Assembly: GCA_043228905.1 (NCBI GenBank)
Contig: JBHGNT010000003.1
Location: forward strand, 5,270,001 to 5,334,000
DNA: 64,000 nucleotides
Direction of reading: 5' to 3'
From: Azolla caroliniana
Lineage: Eukaryota; Plantae; Polypodiophyta
Part shown: positions 50,001-60,400 of the stretch, in pieces
How the letters are laid out: each line of letters opens with the position of its first letter
How positions within the stretch are numbered: position 1 is the first letter of the stretch
Program-made: the position numbers and the translations under genes
The notes under the pieces: generated by a model
Seen by the model: only the letters and a program-made list of their open reading frames with translations
What the model was told of the DNA's origin: nothing
Databases searched by the model: none

Positions 50001-52117
50001 TCCTAATCTTCTGTGCCATAGTGATGACACAGGAATATCCACCAAAAACAGGTTACCCTCTCTGAGCGTAACATGTAACGGATACAGTGAGTGTATCTTG
50101 GGTCCTCTAGCAAGCAGGAGGTTCCCCCTGTGGAGTGTCCACCCTCCCGAAGAAAAACCGGCACGAATGCCGTCTTCATCTAGTTGTCCGACTGAGATCA
50201 ATGGCCTTGAGAGCTCGGGTACATGTCGGACATTGTGAAGTACAAGTGTAGAGCCACCTGCAAGGTTGAGCTCTACTGTGCCGATTCCAATGATGTCACA
50301 GTGTTGCGAGTTGCCGACTCGAACTGAGTCGGAGTGACGGATCGTATATTGCCGAAATTGGGATCGATGAGGAGTCACGTGAAATGACGCACCCGAATCT
50401 AAGAGCCATGTGCTCGATTCTTCAGTCGTGAACAGAACTTCTGATCCGACTGGATTTTCGATTGATAGTATGTTCGGGTCGTTTGGTAGCACATCAGCTG
50501 AGAAGCTAACGTAATTGATCTCCTCATGCCGGCCACTCTTCTTGTCCGATTTCTGAGACTTGTCGTTCTTGTTCTTGAGTGCGCGGCAGTCGGCTTTGAT
50601 GTGTCCGGGTTTCTTGCAATAGTTGCAGATTCGATTATCCCGTGACTGGCTCCGTCTTCGTTGATTGTTCGGCTGCCGTGAGGAATCTCTTCCTCGTATG
50701 TTCGATCGGTCTGTCGAACCTTGTACTACATAAGCGTCTTCTGTTGAGTCTTTGGCGAAAGACTTTCTCCGAGCTGCTTCGGTCAGGATTGCGCTCGTGA
50801 CTTCGGAGTATTTAACAGCCGTGGTTGACGCGTTGCACACGGTTGTGACGAAAGTTTCCCATGATGAGGGAAGGCTGCTCATGAGTATCATTGCTCTGAG
50901 TTCATCCTCGATTGCCGTCCCCTGAGATGAGATTTGGGAGCTTATGCTTTCGTACTCATTGAGATGTGCTTGAACCGAATCGGATTCTTTCATCCGCAAG
51001 TTGTAGAGGCGCCGGATCAGAAACATCTTTGTTGCAGCGACCTTCTTTTCGTAGGTGTCCGACAGTGTTTTCCACAGTTCGAATGCTGTCGTACACGATT
51101 GCACCGTAAAGTATACCGATTCCGATAGGTGCATCCGAATCGTGGCGCGGACGATTCTGTCCAGCTTCTGCCACTCAATTGGTTTGTATCCTTCTGGAGG
51201 TTCTTCATTTTCGATGGGATCGATTTGCCCCTTGACTATGAGATAGTCCTGCATTTGCTCCTTCCAGAAGTTGAAGTTTGATCCATCGAACTTTCGTAGA
51301 CTCATTTCTGACGAGCCGGATGTTGATGCCATCAAATTTGGTTTCGGTTGACGAAGCTCGGTTCGGAGTTGACTACGAACCTTGTTGGAGTGCAGCCGGT
51401 TGGCTCACCCGATATCGTTCTAGTCGGATTTGGACCCGAGTCGGTTCGGCTTCGGATATATGAATTGTTAAACTTGCTCGAATTGACTCCGGTAACTTGA
51501 GGGACAGAACCGACTGGTCTTCCCGAATGTTGCCGAGTCGGAGTGAGCCCGGTTCGCTTCCGAATATATATGCCAAATGCCGATTATTGAAACCGATTGT
51601 CTGGACCGATTCTGCTTCGGGTGACTGCAGCGACGAGAGAGACGGATCCAACTGATCCTCCCGAATGTCGATCAGCCGGATGAAGCACGAATTGGGGTTG
51701 TTGTCTTGAGACCGATCTGCACCGAGTGGTTACAATGAGCGGCGAGCAGCGTTTGATGACCTCTTCAGATGCCGTTTAACCGAGTGGAGCACGATCGTGT
51801 CAATGTTGCACAAGGGGATTTCACCTCGAGCGGTTACGATCACAAGGAACAGAGTACAACCGGCTGGCTTACTCCAAGCGAAGATGATCTAACGCGATGA
51901 GATGCAAGCCTCGTTTCTCTTCTTCTTCTCTCTTCTTCGAATGACGCAAGAAACCGAATGCTGTGCAGGCTGAGATGACGGCCGACAGCGAGTTGAAGGA
52001 CCGAATACTGTGCAGGCTCTGATACCAGATGTTGAAGACAAGGCCGTGTCGATGCGGAAGATCAAGAAGCATTCGATTAGGGTTTGAGTACCTGCGTATG
52101 ACAGTTTCTGAGATCGT

Positions 52118-52166
<49 letters not shown>

Positions 52167-52352
52167 CACAAAAGACTCTTTCTATTCCATAGAAAACAAT
52201 AATACAACCAACCTTACAAAAAGGTTACAAGGTCACTATATATAGTGACCGACTTAGGGCAACTACCATTTATGCTAATTACACAAATGGCCCGAACTTG
52301 ATCTATACAAAGGGATAGTGTGAATACGTCCATTATACACTTGTATTCGACA
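46871..52352 (-). mobile_element. Young full-length Copia G (relative of D): 323-bp LTRs 46871-47193 and 52030-52352
   Basis: TSD CTCAT, PBS TGGTATCAGAGC, PPT GGGGGAG. About 3 differences between LTRs. Polyprotein 51335-47387 is broken only by one TGA (49596) and an RT deletion/frameshift (about 48490). Confidence 0.95.
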
Positions 52353-55300
52353 CTCATCGCTTCGACTCCCCCTGTTTCCGGAGGGTCCGGAGTTGCTATC
52401 GGCATCACTTTGGTGCCTTCTTCCTTGATCTCGTCGGCCGCCTCCATTGCGCGCCGACTCGCCTCGTCCTCCACGTCCACGGGGCCTATCTCCCTCCGTG
52501 TACAACATTCTGTTGTCGGTGTGCGTGCTTGTAGATGCACCCGCATGGTTCTCCTCTACCAGGAGCATTGACTGTAAGTCAAAAAAGGACGGCGTATTCT
52601 CCCGGGTACACACAGTCGTTCGAAAAGCTCCGAACTTCGACGCCAAACCTCCGAGACAGATCTGGACCATCTCGCTCTCCTCAATGTTCACCTCTATGGA
52701 GGCGAGGGAGTCGCAGATATCCTTGATCTTCGAGGTATAGTCCGCCACCGACAAGTTGCGTTGTCATAGGTTGCTCAACTCCTGTCGGAGCTGAAGCTTC
52801 CTAGCTGTGGTGCTCGCGGCGAAAATCTTCTTCAGATTTTCCCACGCACCCTTCGGCGTCTTTGCATCCCGAACATAGCTCAACAGTTGTTCGCCCACAC
52901 ACAACGCGAAGCAGTATAATACCCTGCTCGCCGATTGCTCCCACGACGGGAAGTCTCTGTGTGTCGATTCGGGTGTTGCGTCATTAGCTCCTTCGACATA
53001 ACTCCAGTAGTCGTGTCCGAGCAGGTACTGGTGCATCTTGTAGGACCAAGACGCATAGTTGGTTCTGTCGAGCTTCTCTGTTGGAAGCGAGCTCGCCATG
53101 CCTCTATCCATCGTTCTTCTTGTTCTTCTTCGTCAAGCTATGTCGGCTGCAGAGAGGTTCGCAACCCTCGTGCTCTGATACCATGTAGAAAGTACCATGC
53201 GGAAGCAAGTATGAAGACCGAATAGAAGGGAGGAAACTCAGGTTTAATGGAGAGCTTGAGCTTACACGGTATACGCAAGAGAGACAGCGAGAGAAACACA
53301 AAAAACTATATTCAACAATAATACTCAATCTGTACATAAGACGTGCTTCAGTGAACACTTTTATATAAGTCCTAGAAGGATTGACCGAAGTACTGACAGT
53401 ACTTCAATGCTCATTAAGAGCTCCTACACTAACTCCCAAATATATTCCTCATGGAATATCTTTCCTAACGGCCTCCCGGTTTACGCACTCGGCCTAACCG
53501 ATCAGTCCCAACCGATCTGGTCCTCGGCTTCTTCAGCCGATTCAGTCGATGTTGAGCTTGTCTCTCAACAAATATGGCGTCGACTTCGACGAAATCTTTT
53601 CACCAGTGGTGAAAATGTCAACCCTTCATTTCATGCTCGGCGTCGTGGCCGCCGACAACTTGGAGCTGATTCAGCTAGATGTAAAAACGACATTTCTCCA
53701 CGGTGACCTACAGGAGGAAATCTATATGGAGCAGCTGAAAGGCTTTGTTGCATCCGGCTAGGAACATCTAGTTTGTCAACTCAGGAAGAGTTTATACGGC
53801 CTCAAACAGGCACCTCGACAGCGGTACAAGAAGTTCGACGACTTCATCCACTCGGTCTGCTTCTCCAAGAGCGATGACGACCATTGTCTCTTCACCAAAA
53901 TAGCTCAAGACGGGTCTCCCGTCTTCCTCATCATTTACGTGGACGACATGCTACTCTCCGGCCGACATGCCGGAGAACTCACCGAACTCGTTCGGAAATT
54001 GCAGTTGAAGTTTGCCATGAAGGACCTCGGTCTGGCAAGACACATACTTGGTATGAAGATTAGTCGGCATCGCGATACACGGCAACTTTTCTTGTCTCAA
54101 ACCGACTACATCAGACGTGTCTTGGAACGCTTCAACATGCACTCGGCCAAGTCTGCTTCAACCCCGCTCCCCATTAACCTTCGGCTGTCTCAACGAGACT
54201 GCCCAACATCCGGTCTAGAGGGGGAAGATATGAAGTCGGTACCATATGCACCTGCAGTCGGCTCCCTTATGTACGCAATGGTCGCGACACGGCCTTATAT
54301 CTCTCATGCCGTAGGAGTCGTCAGCAGATTCATGCACAACCCAGGCCGATCCCACTAGAACGTAGTCAAGCATGTGTTCAGATATCTAGCTGGCACAAAA
54401 GACCACGACATTCTTTTTAGCCTGAACTCAACCTCAGGCATAGTCGGTTACACCGACTCAGACTTCGCCGACTACGTGGACAGTCGAAAATCAACAACCG
54501 GATATTGTTTCAAATTCGGCAATGGAGCAATCTCGTGGAAGTCGAAACTTCAGGAGTGCACAACCACCTCAACTACCGAAGCAGAATATGTAGTTGCGTC
54601 TGACGCAACAAAAGAAGCTTTATGGCTCGGTCGGCTGGCGCACACATTTCGACAAGTCGACCTCGACTCGGCTCCAGTTGTCTACAACGATAGTCAGGGT
54701 GTTGTTGCTTTGTCAAAAAATCCGGTTCACCACAACGCCTCCAAGCACATTGACGTTTGATATCACTTTGTTCGGAACTGTGTCATTTCAGGGAAAATCG
54801 GTCTCGAGAAGATATCCACAACCGATAATGTCGTAGATGGAATGATCAAGTGTCTTTCGGCGGATCGCTTCCAGTCCCTTCGGCACAAGATGGGCGTAAT
54901 GAAAAAACGGTCCGGTTAAAAAGTCGGACACACAACACGGGATGGTTTTGGACAACCAACATCGGTTCATTGAGGATCGACTTTAGCTTTTCTTACCGGA
55001 CCGGTTCGGTCTACTGTCTTTAGATCTTGTCAACTCGAACAAAACTGATCTGTCAAATAAACCTTGTATATACCTGTAATTTAAGATAACCCATGTATAC
55101 GCCCATTACGGGGGAGTGTATAATGGCCGTATTCACATTGTCCCTTTGGACAACCCAAGTTGGGGCTATTTCTATAAATAGCATAAAGGGCAACTGCCCT
55201 AGGATAGTCACTATATAAAGTGACTTCGTAACCTTTAGTTTGGGTCGTGGTTGTTGTCATTTTGTAACTGTTGCTATTAAGAGATAAACCGTTTCTTTGT

Positions 55301-56747
55301 GCCTATCTCTCTCCCTCTCTCTGTGTGTATATTGTTTCATTCGCATACACAGGTTCTTCACCATCACAGATGTTGTTTGTTCTTCCGCACTAACGACCTT
55401 GTTCCCCAACAAAAAGCTCGACCCAAAATCGGAGAAATGTATCCTCATAGGATACTCACTGGAACAAAAGGGGTACAAGTGCTATAACCCCTCAACTTGA
55501 AAATCTCGAGTAAGTCGAGACATCGTTTTCGACGAGTCCGCATATTGGTACGCACCAGAGACAACTTCGACTCTGACTCCGCTTGACCCAGAATCCGTCG
55601 AACAAGAAGTAGAAGATGAAGATCGCCTTATGCACATGGTCGAAGAAAGCCCGATTACGACAAAGCTTAGTGGGCCACAAGAGCCTCCGAGCGATCAAAG
55701 CACATCTCGGTCGAGTTCAAAACTGGACAAAGGCAAGGGGAAAATGTCAAAGTATGAAGATGATCACTTCGACAACAACGAATCGACTAACTCCCTCGAT
55801 AGTGAGTTCAAAGCCCTTGACATCCAGACAAATGGAGCAAAGAAAGCCTTAGTATCCGCAAACAAGAAGCTCCACTAATCCACCCGTGAAAAGAACCTAG
55901 TAAGCCAATTTGGCTACAACGATTAAATGGCGTACCATTACGCCTTTATGATGAAGGTAGCGATAGTATAGGAGCCGGAAACATTTTCTGAAGCTGCGAG
56001 GACCCCAGATGGGTTGAAGCGATGAATGAGGAGAAGCAAGCACTCTCCAAGTATGAGACATGGGATCTCATTCCCCACTCACCGCACAAGAAGGCAATTG
56101 GCTACAGATGCATCTACAAGTTGAAGTATAATGCAGACGGCTCCGTAAACCGTTACAAAGCTCGACTCATAGCGAAAGGATACGCTCAAACACATGGAGT
56201 CGACTATAAAGAGACATTTCCCCCGGTGGCAAAGATGACGATTCTGCGGACTGCTATCGCACTCGCAGCGGCGAAAGGGTGGCACCTCCACCAAATGGAC
56301 GTCAAGAACGCCTTTCTTAAAGGCGAAGTAGAAGAGGAGGTGTACATGGTACAACCACCCGGCTTCGAATCCAGCATTCATCCGAAAGCCGTATGCCAAC
56401 TCAAGAAGCCACTCTACGGCCTCAAGCAAGCACCGCGTGCTTGGCATTCAAAGATTATGCAATATCTTCATCAAATCAGCTTTCGAATGTCGAAATCCGA
56501 CAACTCCGTCTACGTATGAAACGACTCTAGAAGCTCGATTGTCATCATCGTATACGTGGATGATCTGGTTATTGGAGGTGAGCATTTAGTTGACATCAAC
56601 AAGGTGAAGTCCTCCTCTCCAACAAATTCGAGATGACGGACATGAAGGAACTTCATTACTTCCTTGGAATCAAAGTAATTCGGATTCCGACCGGCATTAT
56701 GATCTCTCAACGACACTACATCCTCAACTTGTTATACAAGTTCGGGA

Positions 56748-57213
56748 TGTTAATTACGGAAGCATCCTAACCTTACCACCCTTTGGAGTGTTGATCGTTG
56801 GCTGGACTCGCCACAACACAAGGTGTCCTCTTCCGGAACACTTCTCCAAAGGGTGGTAAAGTTAGGTTGCTTCCGTAATTAACACGCGTAAGATCTTAAT
56901 ATCAACCGCAGATGGCAAGTATACAACACGCAAGCATTAATTAATTGATATATGTAATCTTCTATTACTTCCGTAAACATTACATCGGGTCAAATCCTTT
57001 TATAGGAATCCGATGTCATTACAAAACGGTGCCCTATTGGCAACCGGCTACGAATCGGTTCGGATCCGGATCGGTGCAACTATACCGGATCCATCCCTAC
57101 AAATACTAATTCTATTTATTTCTAAATATATATATATATATATATCCGATTCGCCCTTTCGCCACTTATCCTTCGGCCCTTAACCGGCCAACACGGGATG
57201 GCTGAGTGCAAAT
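56748..57213 (-). mobile_element. Solo LTR (466 bp) in the RT of Copia C, with a 41-bp-arm terminal foldback
   Basis: TGTT...AACA termini, TSD CGGGA, TATAAAAGG on the minus strand near 57004. Inverted arms 56748-56788 and 56844-56884. Confidence 0.85.
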
Positions 57214-57446
57214 CTGTAGCAACCCCTCTCGATCGAAACCTCAAACTAGATGCCAACTCCGGTGTCGTGAAAAATCCCTCACTATGTGTGGATCGTGAGG
57301 CGAAACCGTCGGGGTTATGGACTAGAAAGAATTAAGGCTCACACGCTTAGCACAAGCAAGATTTACACATGAGCCAAGTAGGTAAAAGAAAATATTTGTT
57401 TATTGCAAAAGAAAATAGATTCTTTATAATTCTAGAATCATGTTAC

Positions 57447-60400
57447 TATCAGGAATAGTACTAAAACAGAGATGGAATTAGTACTAAGAACAACAGTACT
57501 ATTAGTACTAAGAGGACGGGACTGCGTAAGATTCCCGAGAGAGGAAGCGAGAAGAGGAGAGAGAGAGAGATAGCGAGAATGAGAGAGAGAGAGAGATGAT
57601 GACAGCAGCTAATATATTATGTGAAAAGATAAGTACAAGCGGCTAAGAGGCTTAAGACTGGCGTTGAACCAATTTGGTTCAAAACAATGCCTTGTGCCTC
57701 CTTTTATAGTGTTTTTAGGAATAATCCTGAAGCTTCTAGAATGTTCCAGAGATATCTGGAATATACATCAATTTTCTATGATAAAGTATAAATGAAAATA
57801 ATATCCTACAAAATACAATTCATAATCTAATGGTAAGAGCTCGACCCATGTAGCATAAAGTCATGGGTTCGAGTCTTGCCATGACACTATCTCCCCCTTA
57901 AAGACGACGAGTGGAACGAGTCGGCGCTAATTGCGGACCGGGTTTGTCCAGATACTTTCGGTGGAAATCAGCAAGAAGATCTTGTGCATTGGCAACATTC
58001 TCTACGGGTTCCCAAGTACGTTCGCTCGGACTATAACCGAGCCAATCGACCAAGTAATAAAGTTTGTTGCGAACAAGTTTGGAATCGAGGATGGCAGCAA
58101 CTTCATACTCCGGGCCGGCGTCCAACTCCAGCGGGGGCGGCGGTGGTGTCACACGATCGGGAATGGTGTTTGCTTTATAAGGTTCAAGAAGAGAACAATG
58201 GAAAACCGGATGTATCTGAAGCTACGGAGGGAGATCCAGGCGGAAGGTGACATCATTAATCTTCCCCGTAATACGGAAAGGACCGAGTCGTCGATAATCC
58301 AACTTGTCGCACGGTCGAGTAGTCTTGATGTGACGACGTAAGAGCCATACTCGATCTCCGATGGCAAAAGAGGAGGGAATCCGATGACGATCCGCATAAC
58401 TCTTCTGTGTGTGTTGAGCATGACGAAGGTGAGTAAAGAGATCCATCTGGATCTTGCGTAGCCTCTCCAAATGGTCCTCGGCACGAGGGTTGGTAGGTAG
58501 CTCCGGAGTGTCGATCACCGACCAGCGAGGATGGAAACCGGTATAAGCGAGAAATGGGGAGACCCGAGTCGAGGAGTGAATAGCATTATTATACGCAAAC
58601 TCCGCAAAGTGGAGAATCTCGGCCCAATCGTCCTGTTGATAACTCAGGAAACACCGGAGATATTGCTCCAACGTTTGGTTTGTTCGTTCCGCCTGTCCGT
58701 CGGTTTGAGGATGGTAGCCGGAGGAGAGGTTGCAGGAGACCTTGAGCATCCTGAAGAGATGCTGCCAAAATTTGGAGACAAATTGCGGGCCTCGGTCACT
58801 GATAATACTGTCTGGGAGGCCATGATGCCGAAATACCTCACGCATAACAAGAGCGGCGGTTTCCTCGCTAGTGATGGCTTATGTACATGGCACAAAATGT
58901 GCCATCTTCGTATATCGATCGACGACGGTTAGGATAGCATCGAACCCCTTCGAGACCGGCAGATCTGTGATAAAATCAAGACAAATAGACTGCCATGGCT
59001 TACTTGGAATTGGTAAAGGTTCCAACAAGCCATATGGATGGTGTCGTGGCATCTTTGCTCGGCAGCAAGCATCACAGGTCCGAACGTAGTCGTCGACAAA
59101 ACAGCGCATGTGGGGCCACCAAAAAGATCGTTGCACTAACTCCAACGTCTTGGTACTACCGAAATGTCCCGCCGTATGGGTGTCGTGACAATGTTGGACG
59201 ATTTGAAGGCGACAGGAGCAATCGGGGACATATACGCGCTTTTTAAAGAATAACAAACCATGATGATATTCGAATTGTCGGTAGTCAATACCTGGTTGTT
59301 GAGACTGAGAACAAGATGCCCGAGAAGTATCAATGTGCGCCAGGATGTCTTGAGCAAAACTATCCATCTTCAAGGTTGCACGTATGTCATCGGTAATCCG
59401 TGAATCCATCGGGGTGTGAAAAATCCGTGTCGTGTGCAATCGTGTTGGTCCCAAGATTACTTGCTTTTGATTATCAAATGTTGCGTCACCAGGACGAGGT
59501 GCAAGATATGAACGCCGTGATAGTGCATCTGCTTTTCCTTGCTGCTTCCCCGGTCGATATGTGATTTCGAAGTCGAAATGCGTGAGGAATTGCGCCCACC
59601 GAGCTTGCCGTCGATTTAGTACGCGAGCGTTCTAAAAATAAGCAAGATTTTTATGATCGCTAAAGACAATGACCTGATGTGGAGAGCCCTCTAAGAAATG
59701 CCGCCATTGTACAAATGAATCCACCATGGCTAATAACTCCTTGTCATGTATTTCGTAGTTGATTTCTGCGACATTAAATTTGCGCGAATGGAAAGCCACC
59801 GGATGCAACTCTTCTTTATCGCCTTGTCGAGAAAGGATGCTACCGAGGGCGAAATCTGATGCGTCGGCCTCCATGATGAATGGTTTGCTTGTATCCACAT
59901 GAGCTAGAATCGGTGCTGATGTAAAGGCTTTCTTAAGATGCCGAAAAGCCATATCTGCTTCGATGGAGCAAAGAAATGCTTGGCCCTTCTTCATAAGTTG
60001 TGTGAGAGGTAAAATAATCTTCGAGTAATCCTGTATAAACTTACGGTAGAAGTTAGCAAAGCCTAGAAAACATTGTACATCTCGTAACGACCGTGGAATT
60101 TGCCACTCTAGTACAGTTTGGATTTTAGCTGGATCCATAGCGATGCCCTTTGAGGAGATGACGTAGCCTAGAAATTCCACTTGCTTGCAGTCAAAGCTAC
60201 ATTTCTCTAGCTTGGCATAAAGACCATTCTCGCGGAGTCGCTTTAGTACTAATAGTACATGAGAATCGTGCTCTTCCTGGGTCTTCGAATAAATCAACAG
60301 ATCATCCAGATAAATGATCAAACAGATATCCAAGAGGTCTCTGAATATATCATTTGCCATGTGTTGGAAGACTGCGGGTGCATTGGTTAGGCCAAACGGC

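Larger units (their letters stand above)
30698..53570 (-). mobile_element. Copia F (related to A/C): 5' LTR 53184-53570; 3' LTR split into 30698-30783 and 37637-37941; gag-pol pieces 53111-52353 and 46870-43379
   Basis: TSD AATAT, PBS TGGTATCAGAGC (53183-53172), PPT GAGGGGGAG at 37950-37942. ORFs 52764-53111, 45645-46670, 43771-45738 (IN-RT) and RNase H 43379-43692. Confidence 0.92.
27392..55411 (+). mobile_element. Full-length degenerate Copia D: LTRs 27392-27708 and 55117-55411, internal parts 27709-30697 and 53571-55116
   Basis: TSD AAAAG on both sides, PBS TGGTATTGGAGC, PPT GGGGGAG. RT motif KGFRQEY/GVDFDEIFSPVVK is split by element F. Confidence 0.92.
24166..57262 (+). mobile_element. 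Copia C (same family as A), host of the nest. Pieces: 5' LTR 24166-24632, internal 24633-26802, 27276-27391, 55412-56747, 57214-57262; 3' end beyond the window
   Basis: TG..CA LTR plus PBS TGGTATTAGAGC (tRNA-iMet type). gag EKLDRNNFASW, integrase HSDVWG. Sequence continues across insertions (EKQQK/LDPKSEKC; YKFG/MAECKS). Confidence 0.9.

Noticed and set aside
56789-56843. Hammerhead ribozyme in the branched foldback
   Set aside because: No CUGAUGA or GAAA core on either strand.
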